Below are positions 39,729 to 53,674 of a DNA stretch of 64,000 bases, in pieces. The notes under the pieces were generated by a model that was given only the letters and a program-made list of their open reading frames with translations, was not told where the DNA came from and searched no databases. Both the position numbers and the translations under genes were made by a program. Each line of letters opens with the position of its first letter. Position 1 is the stretch's first letter. Source of the stretch: Octopus sinensis. Taxonomy: Eukaryota. The stretch is from contig NC_043001.1 in the NCBI RefSeq assembly GCF_006345805.1, positions 35,092,001 through 35,156,000 on the forward strand, given 5' to 3'.

Positions 39729-40498
39729 ATGATGGATGGAGGGATAGATGGATATGTATGCATATAATCACACGTAAATACATACTATGGACTTAAATAT
39801 ATACATAGAAAGACATAGCTAATATAAATGAATATACAATGGTTTAACATTCTGCATTCGTAGGATTTCGTATTTGCTTTTTATGCAGTCAATCATATTC
39901 TGCTTCATATCATACTCTAAATATAAATTTATCATAAAAAGTCGGATTGTAGTGCTTTAGAAAAATAAATATTTGCTCTGAAAAATAAAATCAATGAAAA
40001 CAAGAATTATGCAAATAATAATAGAATATTATATGAAAAGTAATACCTAATCAAGATATCAACATAAAATACTAGATCCGTTTTATTTTTTATCTCACAA
40101 CATATGAAATCTCACATTAATACATCACATACAAACACTCACGCACATACAGAAAACCACCCGAAGATTCAGTCGCACAAAAACTGCACACATTTATATC
40201 AACCATTTTTAGTATATGCACACATTCTTTTCTTTTTAGTAGTGCTGTCAGTTATACTCACATCCACTTTTTCCTTATTGTATTTTAAGCTATGAAACAC
40301 AATGATATTTATTCTGTTCTATACTTTTGTTTGTTCAAGAACTAAATGCTTAGTGAATTATTATACATTTTTCGGCTGAGAAAGAAAAAAAAAGAGGATA
40401 TTAACAATTTGTATTTAGTTTAGCCTTTTATTAATATTGATTTATATTTGACTAGATATAAAGTCATGCAATGGAGGTGATGTTTTCGATAGAATATT

Positions 40499-40897
40499 CT
40501 TTTCTACTCCAAGCACAAAGCCCGAAATTTTGGGGGAGGGGATCAGTCGATTAGATCGACTCCAGTAAGCTACTGGCGCTTAATTTAATCGACCCCGAAA
40601 GGATGAAAGGCAAAGTCGATCCCGGCGAAATTTGAACTCAGAACGTAGAGACAGACGAAATACCTATTTCTTTACTACCCACAAGAGGCTAAACACAGAG
40701 AGGAGAAACAAGGGCAGACAAAGGAATTAAGTCGATTATATCGACCCCAATGCGTAACTGGTACTTATTTAATCGACCCCGAAAGGATGAAAGGCAAAGT
40801 CGACCTCGGCGGAATTTGAACTCAGAACGTAGCAGCAGGCGAAATACCGCAAAGCATTTCGCCCAGCGTGCTAGCATATCTGCCAGCTCGCCGTCTT
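40499..40897 (-). mobile_element. SINE family A dimer: head + A1 unit + A2 unit inside a single TSD
   Basis: Junction CAGACGAAATACCTATTTC at 40652-40670; TSD GATAGAATATT at 40488-40498 and 40904-40914. Confidence 0.9.
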
Positions 40898-41175
40898 ATT
40901 ATTGATAGAATATTGCATATGTATACTTCTGATATGTTACTTAATGGTCCTAATGGATCTAAGGCAAAATTGTGCTAGGTAAGTTTTCAATATGGAGCGT
41001 GTACTAACTACATGTAATATACATAGAGTACACTTTCGACTAAAATTTTACATCACCGTTAAAAAGAAAAGAAAAGCACAGCATTTTATCCGATATTCAA
41101 TTTTACAGCAAAGGCTCCGTCACAAAATTTTTCTATATAATTGTAATAAATTTAACTTTAGAGATGTTGGTAATT

Positions 41176-41300
41176 GCAGGCATGGCTGTGTCGTAAAAAG
41201 TCTGCTTCCCAACATTATGGTTTCGCGTTCAGCCCCACTGCGTGGCACCTCGGGCAGGAGTCTTCTATAGTCTCGGGCTGACCAAAAACATGCGAGCGGA
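41176..41300 (+). mobile_element. SINE family C 5' part
   Basis: TGGCTGTGTCG A box, CGTTCAGCCCC B box, GGCACCTCGGGCAGG CORE-like block; complements the 35580-35654 region. Confidence 0.65.
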
Positions 41301-41698
41301 ATTTTTATAGTATGTTGTTCTTGTTTAAACGTTGCTAAACTGTATGTGCAGGGTTAGATGTAATTGTGACAAATCCTGGTATTGTGCATTTAGAGCTACC
41401 CCGAATAGCGTAAAATTTCTTATTGTAACAATAAGCACCGTGTATCTAAAGGTAAGTATAATGCATTATCTAACGTGTGCTTCGGTTTTCCAGATAAATT
41501 TGGTGATTATTTCTCCAAGTCGACTGACAGTATCACAGAGATTCTCCCTTGTTAGCAATATAATAGCAACGTCTGCAGTAGAAACCTGGAATTATTTTAA
41601 ATAACTGAAAACTCTTCGCCTCATATACACTCTAACCTTCGTCAGGTGCCTTGGGGGTAATTTCGAACCTGGGTTCTCATTCCTATGGTATTTTTCGA

Positions 41699-41762
<64 letters not shown>

Positions 41763-41852
41763 ATCATTATTATTATTCAGCGCGGGCTACTAACCCTAAG
41801 ATTCCGAGTTTGATTCCTGAATAACAACAACAACAGCAGCAGCAACAACAGC

Positions 41853-41948
<96 letters not shown>

Positions 41949-42682
41949 AATAACATCGAAAAATACAAATAATGAAAATAACGTACATAATTCCTCATCT
42001 CTTAAATATAGAACTGTAACTGAAAAAAGAATTATAATTTGCCTCCAGACTCAAAATATCACTTTCTTTTGCTGGTGACGTTCTTTGTATTTTTGTAGCC
42101 TAAACCGTAAGATATAAAACATAGTAAATATTCTACCATGATATTCCTCGCACAGTAAATGAATCTCTATGTCCGTCTCTCTGATTATTCACCTTGTTCC
42201 ATCATTTGAAATGTCTATTCATTTTGTTAGTATGTAAGATGCTGTGTACGCTATAGGTACTTTCTTACTTTGGCACTGTCATCTAGCAGAATCCGCGTGT
42301 TAGAGAGCATAGAAAGAATGAGTATGTGGGTGGGCAAGATCTTGCAAATGTTTTGTGATAATGGTCCGTTTTATGACATCGTAACCTGAATCTCGCGAAA
42401 TGAAGTGTTTGTGTCTTTGTACTAAAAAAAGAATTAAAGTTTAAAATGGTTATATGTAACGGTGTCTAATAGGTTTGTGCATCATATAAAAATAAGCGAA
42501 ACGGCAAATAAAATCTCAGGCATTTTTTGAAAAGTTACTTGAGGAGAGGTATTCAATTCATTGAACAGCACATCACGTGTAAGATACCGGGGCATGCTGT
42601 GTCGAAGCGATAGTAAAGGTTCTGGATAAAGAGTCTCGTGAATTCAATATTCTTTCTCTAAAATATACATACATACATATAC

Positions 42683-42729
<47 letters not shown>

Positions 42730-42732
<3 letters not shown>

Positions 42733-43074
42733 GAAAGAATGGAGTCGAACGACGATTTAACAAAATTCCTTTATTCTCGACATATGTTTCGAAGACTGCA
42801 TATTCCTAATTCCGAAGGAATAAGGGGTGCATTATGCCGCCTTCTCATCAGGAAAGACAAGGAACTTATGTCAGCATCATGACGAACACAAATTTTTAGA
42901 TGACTGCCCACACGGAGTCCACAGTGATAAAAAAAACACACAAATTTCCACACGAAAGCACGTGATCTCTGCCCTTAGCATGTAGCTTCAACCGTGTTTT
43001 CTGACGTGAATTTGCTACCCAGGTATCGGTTAACCGAATTATCCATACTAGGATAATTCATTCAACTACTTAAA
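42730..43074 (-). mobile_element. Short element in (TA)n carrying a hammerhead ribozyme (Penelope pseudo-LTR-like)
   Basis: Unique-looking 345 bp flanked by (TA)n on both sides; hammerhead near the 3' end followed by AATAAA. Confidence 0.6.
42766..42864 (-). ncRNA. Type I hammerhead ribozyme with complete canonical core
   Basis: UUCCUU-GUC-UUUC CUGAUGA GAAGGC..GUCUUC GAAA CAUAUG UC|GAGA-AUA-AAGGAA: core CUGAUGA/GAAA/GUC, stem I 4+6 bp, long stem II, palindromic stem III ACAUAUGU. Confidence 0.85.
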
Positions 43075-43080
43075 TATATA

Positions 43081-43130
<50 letters not shown>

Positions 43131-44289
43131 AGTGATGAAGGTGGCTAGAGGCTAGATGCAATATAAACCAAACAAGAAAAAGTTAATTGTCACTAATAGT
43201 AAGTGAGGTTGCAGAGTAGCATCTATATTATTAGAAATAAGCGTTAGAGACTCTTATAGCCACAAAAAGCACATTGTCTATATGCTAACAAGGTAGATAA
43301 CAGCCCCACAGCGAACGAAGTCTTTATACTAGAGAGCTAATTTCGCTTGGAATCAAAGCCGTTATATATATATATATATAATAGATCAGGATTCAAATGA
43401 ATCAGACACTTAAATGATAAAGCACCAGGTCGGGTTGAAAAATAAAATGTGTACACAATTAAAGTAGCGGAATACATACGCAGCTATCGAAGTACAGGCG
43501 GAAAGATATTCGGATTATGTATGCGATTAACTGTACCCAACTTCTGATCGGCACTGGTCGGAGAACCATAAAGTGCCATAAGATGTTGACTTTTGAATTT
43601 TTCTGAATTTTGTAATTCCTTTATTCGCTAGATGAAAACGGCTTATTCTAATGACGTAATTTCTCAATTAATCATTTACAAACATGTTTGAAACAGCTGT
43701 AATGGATTGACACACTATTCATCTGTTGCTCTGTGTGTGTGTGGGTAGGTGTGTGTGTGTGTATGTGTGTGCGTGTGTGTGTATGTGTGTGTACATAAAT
43801 ATGTATGTATGTATATGTGCATGTGTTTGGCTGTGTGTGTATGTGTGTGTTAGTATCTCTGTGTGCACCGGTGTAGATATAAGAGAAAGATAAGAATTCA
43901 AAATAGAGAAGCATGTATGTTTTTCATTGCTAAATTAGTTTGATAACTGCAACACGCAAATCTCTTCAGTCAGTTATGTAAGTTTTTGAGTCACTTATGT
44001 AACTTTCCAGTCCCATAATGCATCTGTATGTGCACCTTTCTATGTCAGTAAGTATCTAGAGTGAATAAGTTCCCACACCTGTCATCATACATTATATGTG
44101 TCTTTGATAGAGGAAAAAGGTGCATATTGCAATTTCATGGGGTTAAGTTTTGATGGCTAATTTATATGATATAACAGCACTCTCTTTCGCTTCCTTTTGT
44201 GTGTTTATATAATTCAGACCAATGGTAATCTTCTTAGCTTTCTTTACGCACTCGTGTTTACTTCAAGCATTACACTCCTTCAAATACGC

Positions 44290-44459
<170 letters not shown>

Positions 44460-44546
44460 TCGCAGCAGCCGTAATAGTATTATTAGAAATGCCATAACTT
44501 TCTCATTATGCATAGATCCTGGTTTATATATATATATATATACATT

Positions 44547-44605
<59 letters not shown>

Positions 44606-44635
44606 CATATATACATATATATATGTATATAGATA

Positions 44636-44685
<50 letters not shown>

Positions 44686-45371
44686 ACATGTAGCTGGTGA
44701 TTTGATAAATGACATATTCATGTGAAGAATGTAGTGCTCTTCAACACTGAATTCAGAATTGTGCATTGAACAAATGTATACTAAATAACTAAATAAAGCC
44801 TAAACTCAACTGCGGTTTCTTCAGTGCACTCTAAACATATATTTGTAGAAACCTCCAATGTCAGAAATATGTAATGCGTGATAGGAATATACTCTCATGA
44901 TATAAACAAACAGTGATAAACAAAAAAGGTCATGAACAAACATTGTCTGTTTGGAATGTTCGACGATAAAAAATAAATGTGTAAATAAAAAATAAAATAG
45001 AACACGGTAATTTGGGGAAAAAAGATAATGACGAAATTCACTGAACGGGATTGCTCCCTCTTATTAGATACTCATGAGTGACGGCTGGTTAACATTTATA
45101 GAGGAACGGATGTTTCCCAGACATAGCTTATACAGTGGTAACGAATCGAATATTTTTGGCTTTGTTATTTGCAGGATTTGTAATGAATAACTGTACTTAT
45201 TTCACGCATGGCTAGAAATAAATCATCACTTGTTTTCTTTTTGGGATTTTCTTTTGCTGCCAACCAACTAACAAGATTGTACTCTGTGCTCACAAAAGAA
45301 ATATAGCTAATAACGTAAAATAGGCATCATTCCTTTAAAAACAACATCTACCACTTATTCCTATTTACATA

Positions 45372-45415
<44 letters not shown>

Positions 45416-45500
45416 ATATAGATACATTTATAAACATATATATGTACATATATGTATATGTATATGTATATGTGTGTATATATATATACTATATTTATAC

Positions 45501-45571
<71 letters not shown>

Positions 45572-46262
45572 CATATGTATATATAAATGTATAGGTGTGT
45601 ATATATGTATGTATGTATATTTCTGCCCAAAAATGTATAACTATGTAAATATATATATATATATATATATTTATGCATATATATATACTTACATACATAT
45701 ATGTGTCGATGCTGGTGTAGGAAGGAAACGTGCTTTAAGAACACTCTCAGTTCTCTAGTTAATAATCTTAGAGTAATCGACTCGTTTATTCCCCAGTAAC
45801 TCTTTCTCTCACAATACGTTACAAGCCATTCCTTTCTCAAATTATATTTATGTGACAGTGAATACCCTTTTTTTATAATCTACCCAATTGTCATTCATTC
45901 CTTGCCTCATAAAAACCGTCAAAGATGTGTATTCGGACGAACAAAATAAAGCGTAAAAATGATATAATAGATTTGCTATTCAAGGAAGGTGGGTGATGAA
46001 TATTTTCTCGTCTTGGGAGAAGATACATAAGTGTGATTCATACATTCCGCAAAAGATTTTTCCTTTATATGTTGATTCCATATCGTTATTGAATTCTTTC
46101 GAGCTAAACGAACGGTTTTAGAAATTTCTGTAAGAATATGAATCAAAATGTTGTGAAGATCATAGGCTTTCTTACTACTATAATATAGAAAAGTAAGTTA
46201 CAATCACTTCAACCCGTATAAGAAATCATAGTTGTAAAAAGTGACATCACATTTTTGTTATC

Positions 46263-46356
<94 letters not shown>

Positions 46357-46368
46357 AAGAAGAAGAAG

Positions 46369-46880
46369 AATGATAAATGCCCTGATGCAGTACCAGACAG
46401 TGACTTTCATGGCTTCTGATCTTAACTGATTGAAAGTGTTATCATGTACATTGTTTTGTCTTGGTATAAAAGATGGGCTACAGCAAATATTCTACTCAAT
46501 GCCACAAATATGCTTGTCAGTTGTTTGACCTTAACCAGTTGACCATGTCCCTTAGTGGCTGACGATATGTGCATCTCTGATCATGAGCAGAATTAGTGGG
46601 GGTGCATCATAGCCGTGCGTTGAAAGGAATTCTTAGAGGTTTGGATATTTCACCTCTGGAAACATGGGCGGTTCGTTCAACATCCTTAAACAATCCTTAT
46701 TCAGGGACCTTTTGAGTGGGATGGGCTACTCGACCAGAAGAAAATTCTAACTGGGCCCCACCTGCAAGGACATGCGCTGTTTATCTTGATATGTGATCAC
46801 CACGTCGCGCACATATGGTTGTGATGCATGTGCCTGGTGTATCCATATCAGATGGGTAGTTATGATGGATATACTGGGCT
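46369..46880. mobile_element. Interspersed repeat adjacent to (TAA)n(GAA)n, family unresolved
   Basis: GC-richer block starting right after the trinucleotide run; resembles a repeat I recall as abundant in octopus assemblies (unverified; single copy here). Confidence 0.35.
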
Positions 46881-47030
46881 TCTCTTTATTAAAATGCTTA
46901 GAAAATGACCTGCAAAAAGGTTTAACTAAATTGGTTCTTATTTCTCTTGCAAACGGAATACTTAGCCGTATATAATTGGCTTCATCAAAATAATCATTAT
47001 GAAATTTATCAAAATTCAATATGAGGTGTA
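46880..47030 (-). mobile_element. Possible Penelope-like linker fragment
   Basis: IPFAREIRTNLVKPFCRSFSKHF resembles the same motif seen at 38690-38760. Confidence 0.35.
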
Positions 47031-47179
47031 TCTTTTCAGCTTAAATTTACTTTTAATCTGAATATTTTTTTTATTATAGTTATAATTATACTGATTTAGG
47101 ATATCTACATTATTAGTAATAATTTTAGAACATAAATTTCCATTATATTTCACTCTGTTCATAATTTGTTTATTTCTTT

Positions 47180-48060
47180 AGCTCCAAGACACCCCAGACA
47201 CACCAGAATGAATATCCCCTTCAGCCTAGCAAAAATGATCTGTACTAGAGTAACTAATGCAAGCACCAGGGACACACGACTACATGAACGAAAGGATACA
47301 CTCAACTCGAGGAACTACCCACCTTCACTAATTGACCTATGTTTTCAACGTGCCCTTCAACTCATCATCCAGGATCTCAGACATCCCAGATTCAAGAAGG
47401 ATTTACAACCAAAAGCCCTACCATACATCTCCACACACAACCCACCTAACAATGAAGCCTTCGACACCATCATTCAAAATATTCCCCTGGTAAAAAAGGA
47501 CCACTGGATGAACTTAACACTTTAAACACACACCATCATAAAAACCAAGAGACAACACAAACCCGAATACGCTCAACAACAACAGTGAAGCCGTCAGTAA
47601 AAAAATGCGAGAACCCCAACTATGGATATGCGTCAATTTAATTGAGGGATCAGAGTTCTCCTTAAAATAGGGGCAGCGTTTCACAGTGAAAAGTAGCTTC
47701 AGATGTCCTTCAGAGAACCTGATGTACGCAGTAAACTGCTTTAGGTGTCAAGAATAATATATAGGCCAAACAAAAAACAGTCTACGTAAAAGAACGCCTC
47801 TGCACAGATCCCAGATCAAAATTCTCCAAAACACATAGACATTTGTGCCAATAACATAGACATTTGTGCCAATAACAAAAATCCAAGCTTCAGAATTTTC
47901 ACCTCTACCAATTCAGGGACGATACAACCTGTAACCAAGGAATTAGTAAGAGTCGTTCTTTATCACAAAATACAGACCCCTTTTGAATGCATCTACAACA
48001 AACGACATATCCACCGCGACCTTAGAATAACACACGCAAATATTAAAAATGATACATTCA
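47180..48060 (+). mobile_element. Penelope-like element, 5'-truncated: RT thumb and GIY-YIG endonuclease
   Basis: HPRHTRMNIPFSLAKMIC...RDTRL...RNYPPSLID; FRCPSENLMYAVNCFRCQE*YIGQTKNSLRKR..LHR. Confidence 0.88.
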
Positions 48061-51000
48061 AAAGAGATACCAAAGAATTCATTAAAAACAGTTCCAATCA
48101 CTACTATAATCCGCAAGAGTAACTTTTAAGTCACTTGACTATTTAACATCCTACTACTATCATACCACTCCCGCATTCTTTTACTCTTCTTCTTCTTCTT
48201 CTTCTTCTTCTTCTTCTTCTTCTTCTTCTTCCTTTTCTTCTTCTGCTCCTTCATCTTGTTGCTGTTGTTGCTGTTCTTCTTCTTCTCTGCCAAGAATTCA
48301 CAACAACCTCGAATCCACAAGAGTAAACAACAGAGACCGAGACAGGTAGAAACAAGGAAAATGCCCCTTATATTTGAATACTATGCAAATAGTTTTTCAA
48401 AAAACTTTTCATTTAATTTCCAAAACTGAATTGTTTTCCATACTTAAAGTTGAAAATGTCTCATTGACTGGAACCGGTACTAAAATGTTTTTATGATAAA
48501 ATTATTTTAGCAATTTCTATCTTGATCTTTTTTCTTTATATATGTATATGTATGCATACATACATATCTATATATACATACATATCTATATATACGCATA
48601 CCTATTGGCTGAATAACCGTGGAGCCTGAGCGTTGAAAGCCATTTGTTGGATAACAGAAAACTGTTGGACTATTGATAATTTCAGAATCGATTTATGATC
48701 AATATTAAAAGAAATAATTTTAATTTATTATGGATAATAATTTTGCAATTTACGAGAAGTGAATCTAAAAACCTTAGCAGTATTTTTAACTAGTTACCAT
48801 ATGCGAGTTTTATGAGGATAGGTTTGTATTGGTATGGATTTCCTATATATTTGTAGGAGCATTTCAAATTATCATGACTAACAATGTCTCTACAAATGTT
48901 TTAGTTTTTCCCTAGATAATTTGTTACTTTTCAATATAGTCTTGATATTAGTAAAGTTATCCTCATCAACACAGGAACATTTTCTACTGAACATTTTCTA
49001 CTGAAGAACCCCGTCTACCTATCGTTTACCTATTGCTCACCGACTGGTAAAGCTAATACTATCTAAAATGTAAAACTATGTAATCTCTACATATAATTTT
49101 TAAAGTTAATATTTATAGTATTCATAAATTTGAGCGATCTGCAATTTATTAGCAAATCCAACGGAAAACATTTAGTAAATTTAAATAATGAGTATTCTGA
49201 ATTTTTCACAAACTGTGATTGCTCCATATATCTAATGGCTGTTTCAATCAATAGAAATTGCATTGACAATAGAATTATTATTGAAAGTATTATTATTCAC
49301 AAAGAATATTTCTCAACAGAGCTGTTATAATAGAAAATGTAAAATTGGAATTTTTTTATGGTGCTCGAAAATTATCTCAAGAAGAGACGCATTCTCCATA
49401 TACATATACCTGTGGTTTTTCTCCCGCAGTGATTCTTTCTCTCACCTGCCCGCTCTAAATATACATACATATATGCATACATAAATACATACATATCTAT
49501 ATATAAATTATATATACATATACATATATATATAATTATTTATATATATATATATATATACACATATATATATTAGTATATATACACACACATTGGCCTG
49601 TGCAGTTTCTCCCAAAATTTAGAATAGCAGTTCTTACACACACGCATATATACACACACACATATATATATATACATGCATACATACATATATACATACA
49701 TACATACGTAAGTATGTATGTGTGCGTACTTATTTGCAATGCATATACATTTATATAAGTATTTCCATTTCTATATACATACAAATGTGAAGCATCGTAC
49801 ATTCATGAAATAATGAATATATGTTCTTTTAAATGAATCGACAAGCATAGTAAGAGAGATAAAATGGTGGGGTTACTATATATATACATACGTGTATATG
49901 TGTGTGGGTGCCTGTCGGTATGTGTGTTGTTCATGCGCCTGTGTATGCTGAGTGTTCTTGCGTGTGCGTGTGTGTTTATTTCTCTGCATGGATGAGTGCT
50001 ATGTGCTTTTCTTTGACACGGGTTTTAGTGCGTATATTCAAAATTTTTATTCAAAACACGTGAAACGTATTCTTTGTAAGACAATTATAATGAAAAGATG
50101 AACATAAAAATTGTGTTTCTATTTTCTTGAAGAAATGAATTACAATTAGCACTTGAAAGTTTACCAATTTCTCAATTTTATATTTTTTTGAAAATTATTC
50201 ACTCATTCAGAAATGTAAAAGGAAATTACAATTTTTCAAAACAATAATAATTAGAGACTTCAAATGAAACTTCGAAATGTCCATCATATAAGATTGTTCT
50301 TTTACTTTTTTTATATATTTATCGATGTTGCTTATTGTTATTGAAATAAAAAATGTGAAAATATATAGATTAAACCCCAGATCCCAAATTTGAATGGAGG
50401 GACTGTGAGAACACATGTTTCTATAACTGAATGGTTAATTATTTAACGGTATAACAGTGTATGATTGGTGTTAGTGTCTTTGATGTTGACATAGCTTTGC
50501 CTCTTGTCAGCTTTTCCTGGTAAGATGAAAGCTATTCAAGTGTTGGCAGCATATTTTCCACTTTGAAATATTATCTGGAGTGTTATTAACAAATCTATCT
50601 GTACTTTTCTTGTTAATGATCGAAGAAACACTTTATATCTCCATTGAAAGGTGATATATTCTTAATTTAAACACATATAACACTACATGCATCTTCTTAA
50701 AGTAATGAATAGTATGCTTTAAGTGTTAATGCTACACTACACTACAGAAAAATCCCTATAGATTTCAGGCAACAATGTACACTATAAAACTGCTCCCACG
50801 ATAAAAAAAAAAACATTGGTTAGCGTCAGTAATACAAAAATCGAATCAGCTGCTAATAATGTATTCATCATGCAAATCATATTAACGACGGAAGCAGAAT
50901 CAGTACCGAATAACAATCTGCACACCTTACTTAGCGTGGATATACTATAGGAAAGCCACATACTAAGATGTACGTTTTGACAAATTATCTCGTATAGACG

Positions 51001-51289
51001 TATAGTACTTTCTACTGATACGTAGTACTTCTGTGTGTCTAAGCATACGAGATGCTTTCTCGGGGCTAACATCGCAGTATTGTGGTTCTCTTTCAGCATA
51101 TTCAAGTTAAGGAATATATAGACTCACACGCACGTACACCCACACTCATGCGCGTATACACGCTCATACACACATGTATATATACTCATAAACACACACA
51201 CACGCACGTACGCACGCTCACACACACATGTATGCAGACACTTTATCTCGTATAGACGTATAGTACTTTCTACTGATACGTAGTAAACC

Positions 51290-51295
<6 letters not shown>

Positions 51296-51351
<56 letters not shown>

Positions 51352-51700
51352 CGCTCAGTCGAAGTCGACTCTCGGTTACGCGATGGGTCAGTGTCCTCCA
51401 GTCAGTTCTATCCTGGGCCGCTTCTTTCAGATTGGCTACGTCCATTCCGGTATCACTCGTGATGGTGTCAAGCCAGCGGATTCTTGGTCAGCCTCTTCCT
51501 CTCTTGCCACTGATCATTCCGAGCATGATGTCCTTCTCCAGGGATTTTCTCCGCATAATATGACCAAAACATGTCAATCTGTGCTTGGTGATCCTTGCTT
51601 CTAGCGACATTTTCGGCCTAATCTGCTTAAGAACTTCTCCATTGGTGAGCCTCACTGTCCATGGAATCTGTAAAAGTCTTCTCCACACACACACACGCAT
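51296..51700 (-). mobile_element. RTE (BovB-like) LINE 3' end with (GATA)n tail
   Basis: WRRLLQIPWTVRLTNGEVL...RLTCFGHIMRRKSLEKDIMLGMISGKRGRG; terminal DWRTLTHRVTESRLRLSG* followed by (GATA)n at 51296-51350. Confidence 0.9.
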
Positions 51701-52278
51701 ACGATATTGTTGGAGATATTTAGTGAAAAAGACTAATTTACGGAAGAGATCTCTATAAAAGTGAAACCTATCGAGTTGATTACATTTATTTAGTTAATAG
51801 TAAGAAAGTGAAAACAATAAATATAGTCGCTAACGTCTGTCCAATGTAAGTAATGAATATGAATTTATACATACAGTGTTGGTTGAGAGATATGAGTTTA
51901 TATTTTTGTTACGTGTCTCTATTAATACGCTCACTGGTAGACTAACAATAAATTGGAATTTGTAGTATATATCGGAAGTGATAAGTCATGTGTTAGCATC
52001 GGGAAATTTTCGCAGTGAGTAATTCGAGGTGAGACCCCTTTAGTCTTTTGATGTTCTTGTTCAGCTGGATATGTCTTTGCCTTTCGAGGTTGATTAACGG
52101 TCAAACTTATGATCAATTAAAGGCTGAAGACTGAAACAGATACAAATGACTAAAACTCTACCTCCTTCAAAAATTCTGCTCTCCGCGTTTGCATCTTTCA
52201 TTGAGCTGCTAGAAATGACAATTAAATTTCCACTCAAACCATATCTTTGGTGTCATAAAAATGACAAGTACAGATTGG

Positions 52279-52348
<70 letters not shown>

Positions 52349-52428
52349 GTTTTGGTCATTTGTAAAATTACCTGTTAAAGTTAGTTTCTCTTGTGTTTAA
52401 ATGTACACTATTTTATATTGAGAATATG

Positions 52429-52474
<46 letters not shown>

Positions 52475-52628
52475 ACCACTTCCTGCCGCTCGAGCTTTGA
52501 ATGCACCACAGTTATTCTGCTACACCAGTGTAATTTGGAAACCGACTACTACCAACGCCCCGATACAAACAACGTTATCCAGCTACAGCTATGGGATAAA
52601 TGTGAATATTATAACTTAGAAGCCTCAT

Positions 52629-52690
<62 letters not shown>

Positions 52691-52694
52691 TTTA

Positions 52695-53080
52695 GGTGCC
52701 ACGCTAGGAGAAACTTAGCTTGCCGGACAAGATGCTTAGTGGCATTTTGTCTGAGTATACGTTCTGAGTTCTGACGAAATCGATTCGCCATTTTTTCGTG
52801 TGTCTTTACGTTCTAAGTTCCAACGAAGCCGACTTTGCTTTCATCATTTCGGGGTCGATGAAATAAGTACCACTTGAACATTAGGATTCGATGTAAACGA
52901 TTTACCCACTCCTATGAAATTTGCTGGCCTTGTGCCAACATTTAAAATCATTATCAATACTTAGACGACAAGCTAACAGATTGCTTAGCGGCATTTGTTC
53001 TGAATCTATAAATTGTGAGTTCAAATTCCGTTGTAGTCAAATTTGTCTTTCATCCATTCAGGATAGATAACATATAGTAA
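52695..53080 (+). mobile_element. Two to three old, rearranged SINE family A copies
   Basis: Repeated diverged TTACGTTCT.AGTT and CTTTCATC.TT.CGG.GTCGAT blocks. Confidence 0.6.
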
Positions 53081-53123
53081 CGGCCAATGAAATCGTTTTT
53101 GTTTCCTGTTCTCCTTACCATAA

Positions 53124-53186
<63 letters not shown>

Positions 53187-53289
53187 AATATATATGTATG
53201 TATGTATGTATGTACTTACGCACACATGCATGAGAGGGAAAATGAAGGATTACAGAGGAAAAATAACAGCATGAAATATAAAAACACCA

Positions 53290-53354
53290 TCATCATCATC
53301 ATCATCATCACATGACCGCAAAAAGAAAAGGAAGAAAAGAATGTAATAATAATG

Positions 53355-53442
<88 letters not shown>

Positions 53443-53605
53443 TAATAATAATAATGATAATAATAATGATATTAGTAATAATAGTAATAATAATAGTAAT
53501 AATATTAATAATAGTAATAATAATAATAATAGTAATAATAATAATGATAATAATAATAATAAGATGAAGCAGCAGTTGCAGCAGCAGCAGCAGCAGCAGT
53601 AGCAA

Positions 53606-53672
<67 letters not shown>
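53290..53672. repeat. Compound trinucleotide tract (CAT)n-(AAT)n-(CAG)n-(TAG)n
   Basis: Seen directly. Confidence 0.9.

Positions 53673-53674
<2 letters not shown>

Noticed and set aside
41778-41822. tRNA gene (also the tRNA-like heads of all SINE copies)
   Set aside because: Only a partial or extended A/B-box region with no complete cloverleaf; these are SINE heads.
53312-53602. Poly-Asn/poly-Gln ORF resembling a low-complexity transcription-factor segment
   Set aside because: Almost entirely a compound trinucleotide tract ending in (TAG)n stops; no unique coding sequence or splice support.
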